Positions 1 through 11,335 of a stretch of 64,000 nt of DNA are shown here, one piece after another; the stretch's first letter is position 1, and every line of letters starts with the position of its first letter. The DNA lies in assembly GCA_965261345.1 (NCBI GenBank), contig OZ253449.1, positions 1,440,001 through 1,504,000 of the forward strand, in the 5' to 3' direction. A model generated the notes under the pieces. That model had not been told where the DNA came from. It saw nothing but the letters and a program-made list of their open reading frames with translations, and searched no databases. The DNA comes from Chloroflexota bacterium. GTDB taxonomy: Bacteria > Chloroflexota > UBA11872 > VXNJ01. The position numbers were made by a program, and so were the translations under genes.

Positions 1-452
1 TGTCTGCTCATCGGGGCGTGCGTTGGACGCTGCAATGCCCCGTGGACTCGGAAGTTGTTGCCAGAGCGGCCGAAGTCCAAGCCTGAAATCACCGGGGACA
101 TCTCCGTTCGGCATATACCTTGGCCCAGGATTGTCGGGGTCGGTGCTAAATTGCCACCTCGGAAAGCAAGTCGGCATTGCCCGGCGAACTAACTAACCGG
201 TTGTCTGCCACACTGTGGCTGCAGTCGATAGCCGAATGCCACCGGCGGCCGAGTAGCCTTCGGCCCCGGTACGTTGCCAGAATGCCCTCAATTGGCCCAA
301 GCAACAGGTCAATCTCCCACCCGTCGCAAATGCCCGCAGTGTACAGGGCCACCGGATGAAGCGGTTTTGAGGTAGTTCGCGCAACTGCCTGCCCCGCGGT
401 GGAATGGGCTTAGATCGTGCGGATCGATCTGCCAGTCGGCCCGCAACGTTGA

Positions 453-1193
453 TTAGAACGTCTCGGCGTCAGGACCAAACCACTGCTCGATAAGTGCGTT
501 CAACGAGCCGTCTTCCTTCATCGCGTCGATGGCCCGATTGAGATTTTCTTTCAACGCAGCATCGGTCTCCCGCACCCCGATTCCGACACCGGTGGCCAGC
601 ATTTCTTGGGGGCCAACCATTGCCAGCCCGACATCGCTATTTGCTATTTGCTCGCGGGCGAACTCGATATCGACAAGCGTCGCATCCGCCTCGCCACTTC
701 GGACAGCCGAGAAGACTTCCTCGGCCAATTGGTACTCAAGCAGCATCGCCTCCGATTGGGAGAGGAAGTCCGCCTGGATAGTGGCCACCTGGGCTGCCAC
801 CCTACCGGTAACAACTTCGTCACCAGTTCCTGCCAGGGCAACGTAGACCGACGGACTGGGCGGGATGTACGACTGCGTGAAGTCGATTACCTCGTCTCGT
901 TCGTCGGTGATGCTCATCCCGGCGAGGATAGTGTCGTAGTTGCCGGCCACGAGGTTGGGTATGATGTCGTCCCATTTGTTAGTCACCCAGGTGCATTCGA
1001 GGTTGGCCCGGCGGCAAAGCTCGTCACCCAGCTCCCGCTCGAACCCGGCGACCTCGCCGTCATCGTCGATGTAGTTGTAGGGAGGGTAAGCCCCCTCCGT
1101 TCCCATCTTGACGGCATCGGGGTCAGAAACACATGACGCGCAGATTGAGGCTAGGACCGCGGCCGCAAGAGCCAGCTTGATCAGCTTATTCAA
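453..1193 (-). CDS. Amino acid ABC transporter substrate-binding lipoprotein (SBP family 3)
   Basis: Signal peptide with Cys; GTEGAYPPYNY, GFERELG, MSITDER and GVGIGVR motifs typical of polar amino acid-binding proteins. Confidence 0.9.
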   Translation of the reverse strand: MNKLIKLALAAAVLASICASCVSDPDAVKMGTEGAYPPYNYIDDDGEVAGFERELGDELCRRANLECTWVTNKWDDIIPNLVAGNYDTILAGMSITDERDEVIDFTQSYIPPSPSVYVALAGTGDEVVTGRVAAQVATIQADFLSQSEAMLLEYQLAEEVFSAVRSGEADATLVDIEFAREQIANSDVGLAMVGPQEMLATGVGIGVRETDAALKENLNRAIDAMKEDGSLNALIEQWFGPDAETF

Positions 1194-1605
1194 GGCGCTT
1201 GCCCATGCTTATGACGTCATCGACCGAGTATCCAATAGAGCGGTAGAACTCAACCGCGCCGGCGTTTGAGTTTCTGATCTGCAGATTTACCTTGGGACAA
1301 CCCATCTCTCTGAGGCGTGCTTCCGCCTCGTCCATAAGACGGCGCCCGAATCCCATACTCTGAAAGTTCGTAGCCACCGCCAGATAGTTGATCCAACCTC
1401 GATGACCTTCGTACCCGGCCATCACAGTCCCTACCAACTTGGAACCGATTATTCCCACCAGAAACAACTCCCGCTGGGCGTTCAGCTTACGGTAGATATC
1501 CTTGCCAGGATCGTTTTGGGGCGTGACCAGTCCGCACTCTCGCCACAGTTCTACAACGGCGCCCCGGTCAGATTCCCGGCAGGCCCGGATCTGCAGCTCT
1601 CCCAC
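1186..1605 (-). CDS. GNAT family acetyltransferase (YpeA-like)
   Basis: VMAGYEGHRGWINYLAV, acetyl-CoA motif QxxGxG (QSMGFG), GCPKVNLQIR, FYRSIGY. Confidence 0.9.
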   Translation of the reverse strand: MGELQIRACRESDRGAVVELWRECGLVTPQNDPGKDIYRKLNAQRELFLVGIIGSKLVGTVMAGYEGHRGWINYLAVATNFQSMGFGRRLMDEAEARLREMGCPKVNLQIRNSNAGAVEFYRSIGYSVDDVISMGKRLE

Positions 1606-1659
1606 GTCTTCCTTCTCTATGCCCGGTATGAACAGCGACGCTTATTCTGGCCGGGTGTG

Positions 1660-2310
1660 TGTCAATTATTCTTGCCGGTTTTATTCCGGCTTTAGCTCCT
1701 CCTTTTCAAGCCCGGTCCGGTAACTGGGCACGTCAAATTCAAGTACGACAGCGTGATGGACGATTCGGTCGCCCGCGGCCGCCGCCGCCATCGGCTTGGG
1801 GAAGATCTTGCCTCATTCGGAGAAGACCAGATTCGATGAGATCCCGATCGAGCGCCGCGCATAGCGCTCGGCAATCAGGGTAAAGAGCACCTCGGCCTCA
1901 TCTATCCCCTACGGCAGGTAACCCAAATCGTCGATGATGATCAGGTCGATGTAGTCGAGCTTGCGCAATAGCCGCGGCAGATCCAGGTTGCGCTTGGCCG
2001 CCAATAGCTCCTTGCACCAACCGATAGGCCGGGGCAAACAGCACCGATCTACCGTTCTCGACCAGCTTGTGTCCAATGGCGCACAGGGCATGGGTCTTGC
2101 CGGTGCCGGGCAGACCGAAGGCCAGGACATTGACGGCACGATCTAAAAACTGTCCCTCCAGCAGGTCCCCCAGTTGGGCCCTGAGCACCGGCGGCAGTTT
2201 CTGCTGCTCAAAGTTGTCCCAGGTCTTACCCGGCGGGAGCCGCGAGGACTTGCGCAGCCTATCCACCCGCCGCTGGTAACGATCGTCCATTTCCTGACCG
2301 AAGACTTCCA
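1660..2310 (-). mobile_element. IS21-family remnant (right end plus decayed istB; no istA)
   Basis: istB pseudogene followed by a candidate terminal ...AATAATTGACA at 1660; IS21 ends are TG...CA. Confidence 0.7.
1681..2310 (-). pseudogene. istB: IS21 helper ATPase IstB pseudogene
   Basis: Walker A GLPGTGKTH, Walker B LIIIDDLGY, C-terminal DRIVHHAVVLEFDVPSYR; +1 frameshift near 2010 and in-frame stops TAG (1909-1911) and TGA (1813-1815). Confidence 0.9.
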
Positions 2311-2606
2311 GCCCGGTTGGTCCGGCTGCCCGCTACCATCCTCAACTTGCTCGAGTAAGTGGATGACCTGACCGTCATCGTCTCAGTCATCATCCCGCGA
2401 ATCATCGTCCCGGTCATCATCGCCCCGTTCGTCGATGGAACCATTCAGTCCTTCGGTTCGTTCGACCGTGACCTCTCGCGTTGGGACATGATTTCAACTC
2501 GGTGTCGTGTTGCTACAGCTTGCCCCAACTATCACGAGCATGACTGCAAGCAGGATACCAACGACCACTCGTTTGGTAGCAACTGGTTAACGGACAGGCT
2601 CGTTAA
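2311..2606 (-). pseudogene. Decayed Asp-rich lipoprotein gene
   Basis: One frame reads KRVVVGILLAVMLVIVGASC (lipobox-like) ... DDDRDDDSRDDD*DDD and is interrupted by three stop codons. Confidence 0.45.
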
Positions 2607-2845
2607 CTACTTCATCCTCCCCACCACCACCTTCGGTTGCGCTCACTTACACCGCCCACGCGAACCGTACTCCTCGGCGTCGACTGCGGAATAGGGCGTT
2701 TAATGGGACTCTGCGGTGCTCTAGTCGTCGCCAAAATGGCGGCCAAGAAGGACCGAAGCAGTGCAATGGCAGTCCATCTTAGGATTTGTCGATCCTCAGA
2801 ACCTAACGTGAGCCTCAACGTGAAGGATCTCCATGTTGTCCCGTT

Positions 2846-2921
2846 TGGTGGAGCGAAAGGGACTCGAACCCTCGACCTCTACAATGCGAGTGTAGCGCTC
2901 TTCCAGCTGAGCTATCGCCCC
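2846..2921 (-). tRNA. tRNA-Ala (CGC)
   Basis: GGGGCGA/TCGCTCC acceptor stem, anticodon arm CTACA-CTCGCAT-TGTAG, GGTTCGAGTCC T-arm, encoded CCA. Confidence 0.97.
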
Positions 2922-2945
2922 GCTCAGCGCCCTAAATCGGGGACG

Positions 2946-3203
2946 CTAGCTGGCAGTAATTATGTTGACGTAGCGACGCTTATCGTGGCGCTTTTCGAAC
3001 TTGACCAGGCCCGGCTGCAGCGCAAATAGGGTGTGATCGCGACCCATCCCGACGTTACGTCCCGGATGGATGCGGGTCCCGCGCTGGCGACAGATGATAT
3101 TGCCGGTCTTGACCAGTTGCCCGTCATAGAGCTTGACCCCGAGCATCTTGGGGTTCGAATCACGCCCGTTGCGGGATGTTCCGCCGGATTTCTTCTTGGC
3201 CAT
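2946..3203 (-). CDS. rpmA: 50S ribosomal protein L27
   Basis: [16 protein letters not shown]...[23 protein letters not shown]. Confidence 0.98.
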   Translation of the reverse strand: MAKKKSGGTSRNGRDSNPKMLGVKLYDGQLVKTGNIICRQRGTRIHPGRNVGMGRDHTLFALQPGLVKFEKRHDKRRYVNIITAS

Positions 3204-3207
3204 TTGA

Positions 3208-3558
3208 TCAGTCCTGGGTTTCGGGGTAGGAGGTTCGTCGGGTGCGGCCCAACCGGATACTGGTGACCTTTAAGACCGTCTGATTCTGGCGGTGGCCGGC
3301 ACGCCGTTCGTAGTGTTTCTTGGCCTTGTAGCGTTGCACCCTGATCTTGGGGCCACGGGTGTGCGCCACGACCTTGCAGGTGACCGTGGCCCCGCTCAAA
3401 TCCGGCACCCCGATCTTGACACCCTTCTCGTCGGCGATTAGCAGGACGTCATCGACCACGAACTCGCTGTTGGGTTCGGCCGCGATGCGATTGACGATAA
3501 AGGAATCACCGACCCGGACGATGTTTTGGCGCGAGGATGCGTTTATTACGGCAAACAA
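3208..3558 (-). CDS. rplU: 50S ribosomal protein L21
   Basis: [24 protein letters not shown] motif; adjacent to rpmA; start moved to the TTG at 3558 by homology. Confidence 0.95.
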   Translation of the reverse strand: MFAVINASSRQNIVRVGDSFIVNRIAAEPNSEFVVDDVLLIADEKGVKIGVPDLSGATVTCKVVAHTRGPKIRVQRYKAKKHYERRAGHRQNQTVLKVTSIRLGRTRRTSYPETQD

Positions 3559-3677
3559 TTCAATGCAACAGACTGCAACAGTAGATAGGACGGCGCCAAG
3601 AAACGGCGCTGCCAAATCTAGCAAAAACCACCGGCTCGGTCAATAAGACGGTCCAGTTACCGGCCAAGGTCGCCTTT

Positions 3678-3950
3678 TTATCTCCGTTTACGGCCTGCAC
3701 CGCGCCGGGATCGGGGCGACTTTGGCCCCCTTGCGGCATTGGCGGCCGGAAACCTGCGCTTCCAGACCAGGTACGCGGCCGGGCCCACGACCCAGACCAT
3801 TAGGATCGCCAGTCCCCAGATGGCCCGGGTTAAAAGCGTCATCTGCCAGGCGGGGCGGCGGGTCACATCGAGCAGTGCCAGAACAACCAGCACGAAATTT
3901 AACGGAATGACTAGGAAGTACATGATGGCGCCGATCGTTTCATCGGGCAT
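3678..3950 (-). CDS. Small membrane protein with PLDc_N-like domain
   Basis: Two hydrophobic helices with LxD...R...W...VGPAAYL pattern. Confidence 0.65.
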   Translation of the reverse strand: MPDETIGAIMYFLVIPLNFVLVVLALLDVTRRPAWQMTLLTRAIWGLAILMVWVVGPAAYLVWKRRFPAANAARGPKSPRSRRGAGRKRR

Positions 3951-4113
3951 GGGTTTATCTGTCCTTCCCAGCTAGCGGATCTGACGGCGAAATGCCTGCC
4001 GCCAAAATCTAACCGGTCAGGAGATTGCCCCCGCGATAAATGCAACCGGCGTCAAAACGGCGGGTCGATAATTTAGCCAGGGCCAACAGGGGCAATTGAG
4101 TGGGAGGCCGGCG

Positions 4114-5181
4114 ATGGCAGTCGAAGCAAGTTCAGTGCTCTCGACCCGCGCGCTGATGGAAGAGAAGCTCGCCGGGATCGTGCCCGATTTCGAGATCGAG
4201 TACAAAGCCGAGATCGCCTACGCGGTAAATGAGCTCAAGCGCGAACGCGGTGCGGTGATTCTGGGCCACAACTACATGGAACCGGCGCTCTACCATACCG
4301 TCTGCGACTACCATGGCGATTCGCTCGAGTTGTCGAGGATCGCCGCCCGCACCGACTGCGACCCGATCGTGTTCTGCGGGGTCCGGTTCATGGCCGAGAC
4401 CGCCAAGATCCTAAATCCGCAGCGTACGGTTCTGCTTCCGGCCAAGGTCGCCGGCTGTTCGCTGGCGGCCTCGATTACCGCCGCCGACGTTAGGGCGCTG
4501 CGGGAGCAGTACCCCGGGGTGCCAATCGTGGCCTACGTAAATACCTACGCTGACGTGAAGGCCGAGGTCGACATCTGCTGTACTTCGGCCAATGCCCAGG
4601 CCGTCGTCGAGTCGCTGGGATCCGACACCGTAATCTTTCTGCCCGATGAATACCTGGCCCGCAACGTGGCCCGCGACATGGGGCGAAGGGTGATCCTGCC
4701 CGGGTCCAAGCCGGTAAGCGCGGCCCAACAGGACGATGATGCCCGAATCGGACTCGAGCACACCCTAATCGGCTGGCGTGGGCGCTGCGAGGTGCATGAG
4801 AAATTCACCCCCGAGGATGTTGCCGCGGTCCGCAAGCAGTTTCCCGACGTGATCGTCCTGGCCCACCCCGAATGTAGCCCCGAGGTCGTCGACGTCGCCG
4901 ATTTTTCCGGGTCTACCGGGGCGATGATCGCATTCGTCAACCGTGCCCGGGCGGGACGCTACCTGCTCCTGACCGAATGCGCGATGGGCGACAACATCGC
5001 CGCCGAGGCGCGCGATAAGGAGATGCTTCGGCTGTGCTCGGTGCGCTGTCCGCACATGAACGAAATCACCCTGGAGAACGTGCTCGAATCACTGCGCGAC
5101 AACGTCCAGCAGATCGAGGTGCCCGAGGACATCAGACTGCGCGCGCTCGGATCGATCCAGAAGATGATTGCGATCGGCTAG
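4114..5181 (+). CDS. nadA: Quinolinate synthase A
   Basis: ILGHNY, GDSLELS, FCGVRFMAETAKILNP, AGCSLA, YVNT, AHPEC, CPHMNEITLE; SD GGGAGG before ATG 4114. Confidence 0.97.
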   Translation: MAVEASSVLSTRALMEEKLAGIVPDFEIEYKAEIAYAVNELKRERGAVILGHNYMEPALYHTVCDYHGDSLELSRIAARTDCDPIVFCGVRFMAETAKILNPQRTVLLPAKVAGCSLAASITAADVRALREQYPGVPIVAYVNTYADVKAEVDICCTSANAQAVVESLGSDTVIFLPDEYLARNVARDMGRRVILPGSKPVSAAQQDDDARIGLEHTLIGWRGRCEVHEKFTPEDVAAVRKQFPDVIVLAHPECSPEVVDVADFSGSTGAMIAFVNRARAGRYLLLTECAMGDNIAAEARDKEMLRLCSVRCPHMNEITLENVLESLRDNVQQIEVPEDIRLRALGSIQKMIAIG

Positions 5182-5189
5182 ATCGATAA

Positions 5190-5217
5190 GCCCGGGGGAC
5201 TTGACCGCCCCGGGGCC
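5190..5217. terminator. GC-rich hairpin between convergent nadA and sigma genes
   Basis: CCCGGGG...CCCCGGG inverted repeat. Confidence 0.5.
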
Positions 5218-5222
5218 GGTCC

Positions 5223-6230
<1,008 letters not shown>

Positions 6231-6696
6231 GGCTACCTACTTTCTGGGCAGTGCCATTGGGTTGTTTCTTGTATTTCCGGCTCTACCAATTGATACGTAC
6301 GCCGACCGCAATCGGATTTTTCGGCAACGTCTTTTAAGGTCGCGGTTTGGTTGCGCGCGGTGCCGGGTTCGGATTGTTCTTCAAGCTGACCGTTTCGGGC
6401 GCCCTCGGTTCAGTCGCCTGTCGGCGAGATCTGGCCTGTGGGCGGCTCAGCGCGGGTGATGCCGCATGAGCTCAAGTTCAAAATTCTTAGCGGTCAGCGG
6501 TCGGCGGTAGGTTCAACTGGCAGTGTTGGATTTATTTCAAGCAGAACGTCCAATATAGCAGATGTCGGCAAGAAAGCAAAATCGGGCGGCCACATTTGGG
6601 CGCTTTAGTCGTTGCTAATCTGGCTCCGGGCGGGGAAAGCCAAAATTTAATATGGTGATAGATGTAAACGCAAGCAGGCGTCGGAGCGGGGGTGAT

Positions 6697-7350
6697 ATGA
6701 GCAAGGGATCATCGCCGCGGCAGGACATCGTGCGCATTCTGCGCCAGCACGGCCCGCTCGACCTGGCCGAGATCGCTCGCCACTACGGAGCCCGCACCCA
6801 GTCGCTGCGACCCCAACTCAACTGGTTGCTGGCCGATTCCTACGTGACCGTGGATACGGTCCGCGGCGGGGTTGGCCGCCCCCGCAATCGCTACCGCTTG
6901 ACCGCGCGCGCCGATGAGATGTTTCCCAAGGACTACCGCGATCTGGTGGTGGAGCTGGTCGCGTCGGCGGCCACCCAGGGCGAAGTGGAACTGGTGCGCA
7001 GCGTTTTTATTCGCCGCGAATTCGCGCTGGAATCGGAAATTGGCCCAATGCTGCTGGGCCGCAGCCTGGAGGAGAAGCTGGACATAATCTGCCGGGCGAT
7101 GAGCTCGCGCGGTTTTATGGCCCGCTACTTTGCCAGCGACGACGGATTCGTACTCGAGGCCAGCAACTGCCCGGTATCGGCGGTGGTCGAAATCACCGAC
7201 CTGCCCTGCAGTTGCGAGCGCGACATGATCGGTCGTCTGCTGGCCGGCGAGGCGGTAGTCGAATCGACCAAGCGCCTGCCCCTAAATGACGATGTCTGTA
7301 CGTATGCGGTGCGCCCGGTTCCGGCCCCGGCGCCCGGTTCCGGGCAATAG
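6697..7350 (+). CDS. SufR-like winged-HTH Fe-S transcriptional regulator
   Basis: N-terminal HTH, GGVGRPRNRYRLT...FPKDY wing, C-terminal NCP...PCSCE...VCTY cysteines; first gene of an Fe-S operon. Confidence 0.85.
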   Translation: MSKGSSPRQDIVRILRQHGPLDLAEIARHYGARTQSLRPQLNWLLADSYVTVDTVRGGVGRPRNRYRLTARADEMFPKDYRDLVVELVASAATQGEVELVRSVFIRREFALESEIGPMLLGRSLEEKLDIICRAMSSRGFMARYFASDDGFVLEASNCPVSAVVEITDLPCSCERDMIGRLLAGEAVVESTKRLPLNDDVCTYAVRPVPAPAPGSGQ

Positions 7351-7365
7351 CCCCGGCAGACCAAG

Positions 7366-8529
7366 GTGAGCGCCCCGCCGCCGCGGATCTATCTCGACCA
7401 CGCCTCGACCACGCCGGTCAGCGAACCGGTGTTGGCCAAGATGCTGCCCTACTTCGGGGCCAACGGGTACAACCCTTCCGGACTGTATTTCGAATCGCGC
7501 AGCGCCCGGGCCGGCCTTGATGCCGCCCGGGCCGAGGTGGCCGGGGTGCTCGATTGCGATCCGCCCGACGTGGTCTTTACCGGGTCGGGCTCCGAAGGCG
7601 CCAACCTGGCGATCAAAGGGGCGGCGCTGGCCGCCCGCGCCCGCGGCCGTCCGGTGGTCGTAACCTCGGCGATCGAGCACCACTGCGTGCTGGGGGCGGG
7701 CCAATACCTGGAACGCTACGCCGATTGCCAGGTCCGGATTGTCGAGGTTGACGCCGACGGGCTAATCGACCCTGATCGCCTCGCCGCCGCGCTTGACCAA
7801 CGGGTCGGGGTGGTTTCGTTAATGTATGCCAACAACGAGATAGGGGTAATCCAGGACATCCCGACGCTGGCCGAGGTCGCCCACGCGGCCGGAGCGGTGT
7901 TTCACACCGACGCCGTCCAGGCCATCGCCAGCTGTCCGGCGCAGGTCGATGAGCTGGGGGTCGATCTGCTCTCGATTGCCGCCCACAAGTTCTATGGCCC
8001 CAAGGGGGTCGGGGTGCTTTTCGTACGTCCGGGCACAAGGGTTGTCCCGCAGATCCAGGGCGGCGACCAGGAGAACCGGCGCCGCGCCGGGACCGAAAAC
8101 GTGGCCCTGGCGGTCGGGCTGGCCGAGGGGCTCAGGTTGGCGCGCGCCGGCCAGCTAGAGAGCTGGCAGTGCAACCTGGCCCTGCGCCGCCGGATCGAGG
8201 ACGGGCTGGCCGGCATCGGCGGGATCCGGTTCAATGGCCACCGCCAGCAAAGGCTGGCCAACAACACCAATGTCTGTATCGAAGGTGTAAGGGCCGAACA
8301 GGTCCTGCTCGAACTGGACCGGGCCGGGATCGCCGCCTCGGCGGGATCGGCCTGCACCGCCGCCTCGGTCGAACCCTCGCACGTGCTTTTGGCCCTGGGC
8401 CTAAAGCCGGAAATTGCCCGGGCCAGCCTGCGGATAACCACCGGTCAGGGCAACGATGCCGGCCAGGTCGACCGCTTCCTGGAAGCGCTATCTGAGATAG
8501 TGGCCCGGCTGCGCGCCAAAGCCGGCTAG
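7366..8529 (+). CDS. iscS: Cysteine desulfurase, IscS/NifS type
   Basis: IYLDHASTTP, NPS, ANNEIG, HTDAVQA, AHKFYGPKG (PLP Lys), SAGSAC catalytic Cys. Confidence 0.95.
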   Translation: MSAPPPRIYLDHASTTPVSEPVLAKMLPYFGANGYNPSGLYFESRSARAGLDAARAEVAGVLDCDPPDVVFTGSGSEGANLAIKGAALAARARGRPVVVTSAIEHHCVLGAGQYLERYADCQVRIVEVDADGLIDPDRLAAALDQRVGVVSLMYANNEIGVIQDIPTLAEVAHAAGAVFHTDAVQAIASCPAQVDELGVDLLSIAAHKFYGPKGVGVLFVRPGTRVVPQIQGGDQENRRRAGTENVALAVGLAEGLRLARAGQLESWQCNLALRRRIEDGLAGIGGIRFNGHRQQRLANNTNVCIEGVRAEQVLLELDRAGIAASAGSACTAASVEPSHVLLALGLKPEIARASLRITTGQGNDAGQVDRFLEALSEIVARLRAKAG

Positions 8530-8588
8530 GCTTGCCGGATAATCGGGGACAGGCGAACAGCAACCTTTAAGTAGCAGCGGACAGGCAA

Positions 8589-8981
8589 GTGGGCAGTATC
8601 TCAGTTAGCAAGCTGGCCGAAAGTCATATTGCCGCGACCCTGGATGACTCGGAGAACTTAGACAAATTCATCCGGATCAGGGTCAACAAGGGCGGATGCG
8701 CCGGATTTGAATACGACCTGGTGCTCGACAACAGCGTGGCCGATGATGATCAGGTCCATCGTGAGGGCAACTACCGCATCGTCTACGACGAATTCACCGC
8801 GGCCTTAATCGACGGTTCCCAGCTCGATTTCAATGAAAACCTGATCGGCCGCGGGTTCATGCTGCGCAATCCCAACGCCGAGATAACCTGCGGCTGCGGC
8901 ACCTCGTTTAGCGTCAAGCCGCGGCGTTCCCGGATGAAGCACATGCGCGATCGCAAAGAAGATCGCCCGCGAACGGAGTGA
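8589..8981 (+). CDS. A-type Fe-S carrier (HesB/IscA/SufA family)
   Basis: GGCAGFEY and NPNAEITCGCGTSF motifs. Confidence 0.95.
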   Translation: MGSISVSKLAESHIAATLDDSENLDKFIRIRVNKGGCAGFEYDLVLDNSVADDDQVHREGNYRIVYDEFTAALIDGSQLDFNENLIGRGFMLRNPNAEITCGCGTSFSVKPRRSRMKHMRDRKEDRPRTE

Positions 8982-10018
8982 ACCCAGCAGGCGGGATACT
9001 CCCGACCGACCGCCTGGGTCGGCCGGTCCGCGATCTGCGGATATCGCTTACCGATCGCTGTAACTTCCGCTGCAGCTACTGCATGCCGGCCGAGGTCTTC
9101 GGCGAGCACTACGAATACCTACCGCGCGCCCAGATCCTTACCTTCGAGGAAATAATCCGCCTGGCCGCGATATTCTGCCGGCTCGGGGTGAACAAGCTGC
9201 GCTTAACCGGCGGCGAACCGCTGCTGCGGCGCGACCTGCCCGAGCTGATCGCCGGCCTGCGCCGGGTTGCCGGCGACGCCGACATTACCCTTACCACCAA
9301 CGGATACCTTCTGGCCGGGCACGCCGAAGCGCTAAAGCAGGCCGGTCTCTCGCGGATTACGGTAAGCCTGGACGCGCTCGATTCGGAAACCTTCTCGCAA
9401 CTCAACGGGCGGAGCTTTTCGGTCGAACCGGTGCTGGACGGAATCACGGCGGCGGTGGAAGCCGGCCTGGCGCCGGTCAAGATCAACTGCGTCATCGTAA
9501 AGGGCGTAAACGAACACGCCCTTTACGATCTGTGTGACCATTTCCGCCACAGCGGGGCGATCGTGCGCTTTATCGAGTACATGGACGTTGGCACCCTCAA
9601 CGGCTGGGAACTGCGGCAGGTGGTCACGGCCGCCGCGATGGTCGAGCGGATCGGCCGCCGCCACCGGCTGGAACCGGTCGATCCCAACTACCGGGGCGAA
9701 GTTGCCAACCGCTACCGATTCGTCGATGGCGGTGGCGAAGTCGGATTCATCGCCTCGGTCAGTGAGCCCTTCTGTGGTGACTGCACGCGGGCCCGGCTAA
9801 CCCCCGATGGGCGCCTGGTTACCTGCCTGTTTGCCGCCGACGGGGTCGACCTGCGCGGGCTGTTGCGCTCCGGCATTGGCGATGACTGCCTCGGTGAGAC
9901 CATCGCCGCGATCTGGACGGGACGCCATGATCAGTATTCGCAACTGCGCTCCCAGGTGACCGCCGGGCTCGCGAGCAAGCCGGAGCCGCGGATCGAGATG
10001 TACCAGATAGGTGGTTAG
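8978..10018 (+). CDS. moaA: GTP 3',8-cyclase (radical SAM)
   Basis: LRISLTDRCNFRCSYCMP, LTGGEPLLR, FCGDCTRARL...TCLF, C-terminal IGG. Confidence 0.98.
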   Translation: MNPAGGILPTDRLGRPVRDLRISLTDRCNFRCSYCMPAEVFGEHYEYLPRAQILTFEEIIRLAAIFCRLGVNKLRLTGGEPLLRRDLPELIAGLRRVAGDADITLTTNGYLLAGHAEALKQAGLSRITVSLDALDSETFSQLNGRSFSVEPVLDGITAAVEAGLAPVKINCVIVKGVNEHALYDLCDHFRHSGAIVRFIEYMDVGTLNGWELRQVVTAAAMVERIGRRHRLEPVDPNYRGEVANRYRFVDGGGEVGFIASVSEPFCGDCTRARLTPDGRLVTCLFAADGVDLRGLLRSGIGDDCLGETIAAIWTGRHDQYSQLRSQVTAGLASKPEPRIEMYQIGG

Positions 10019-10049
10019 GCGGGACCGGACCGGAACGCCCCGGGCGGGC

Positions 10050-10679
10050 CTATTCGGCGGCCGGAATCTCCCCGGTCAGCGCGTCTAATTCGTCTTCTCC
10101 GTCTATTTCATCGTCGGTGGCAAGACGCGAACGCTCGACGTGGGCCAGCGTGATATCGGGGCTCGAGACCAGGGTCACGCCCTCAGGCATATCCAAATCG
10201 CCGGCGTTGATCGCATCGCCGGCGTCGCCTAGCCCGCCCAGGTCAATCGACAGACCGGCCGGGATATGGCGCGGTAAAGCATTGACCGAGACTGAGTTGA
10301 CGATCCGGACGACGTAGAGATCCGAACGCGTATCGGCCGGCGATTCGCCGACGAATTCCACCGGGACGTCGAGGTGCACCGGGACATTGGCGTCGACGTG
10401 GCGAAATACCACGTGCAGTACGCGCCGGGTAACCGGGTGGACGTCGACGTTATCTACCAGGGCCAGCTCGCTGCCGCCGTTGAGGTTGAGTTCAATTAGC
10501 CCGGAGCGCCCGAAATTGCGCACGTAGGCGGCCATCGCGTGCTCGTCCACCTGCAACGGCCGTGAATCTTGGCCGGAGGTAATGAGATTGCCGGGTATGC
10601 GGCCTTCGCGGCGCAGGGATTTGACGCGGTTGCCAAATCGCGATCGCGATTCGGCGGTAATTGCGTTCGTTTCGGGCAT
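10050..10679 (-). CDS. rplY: 50S ribosomal protein L25/Ctc
   Basis: LRREGRIPG, VHPVTRRVLHVVF, VPVEFVGESP, DLDMPEGV, acidic tail. Confidence 0.93.
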   Translation of the reverse strand: MPETNAITAESRSRFGNRVKSLRREGRIPGNLITSGQDSRPLQVDEHAMAAYVRNFGRSGLIELNLNGGSELALVDNVDVHPVTRRVLHVVFRHVDANVPVHLDVPVEFVGESPADTRSDLYVVRIVNSVSVNALPRHIPAGLSIDLGGLGDAGDAINAGDLDMPEGVTLVSSPDITLAHVERSRLATDDEIDGEDELDALTGEIPAAE

Positions 10680-11095
10680 TGACTATCTGCCGGGATGTTA
10701 AAGGCGATGGAGGTTAGATTGCCGGTTGCGGCTGCCTGGCGGGGAAGCGTTGACGGCCATCGCCCGCCCGGATCCCTGCAACCTTGGAATTATCAAAAAT
10801 TCCAGCCAGGGTGACGGCAGCGGCGCGCGGCCGATTGACGCTGATGGTGCCAAGCGCAAATATTGCTGGCACGTTAAGTATGACCAAGAGTGCCCGCCCT
10901 GGAACTGATCGGCCCGATCGGCCCGATCGCTTGGCCCCCGAATGAAACTAAAATCTCGGCGTTGCGCTAAGGCCGCTAACTAGACCAACCCGCGGTCAAA
11001 GCGCAACCAATACATTGAGTGGCCGGCAGCCGATCTTGCAAGCTGGCGCCGCACCACAATATGAGTACTAACCGCACCTAGGGATACCCAAACCA

Positions 11096-11335
11096 TTGGC
11101 CAGTCGAAGAGCAGCCTCACTTAGCTCACTTTTCTCCGATGCCTGCAAACGCCAGGAAATCGCAATCGAGGAAGCCCTGGGATGCGAGCGGGTCGAAAAC
11201 ACTCTGGTGCTGCACCTTAGCTTCGATTCGCGGGTTGTCTTCCAGATCGAGATCGACGATGACGGTCTGCCGCGGTCCCTGGGCCAGGAGATCGTTGGCG
11301 CCGGATCGGCCCGGTCGGAGTCGCCCGGGTACTAA
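11096..11335 (+). CDS. Hypothetical protein
   Basis: 79-aa ORF with protein-like composition; no motif recognised. Confidence 0.4.
   Translation: MASRRAASLSSLFSDACKRQEIAIEEALGCERVENTLVLHLSFDSRVVFQIEIDDDGLPRSLGQEIVGAGSARSESPGY

Noticed and set aside
1-452. Short ORFs at the window start (146-352, 177-359, 193-384)
   Set aside because: No motifs or coding-like codon bias; probably intergenic or decayed DNA
6514-6528. CAAC-N7-GTTG upstream of the SufR-like gene as a SufR box
   Set aside because: The spacing differs from the cyanobacterial CAAC-N6-GTTG site and no copy was seen upstream of sufC
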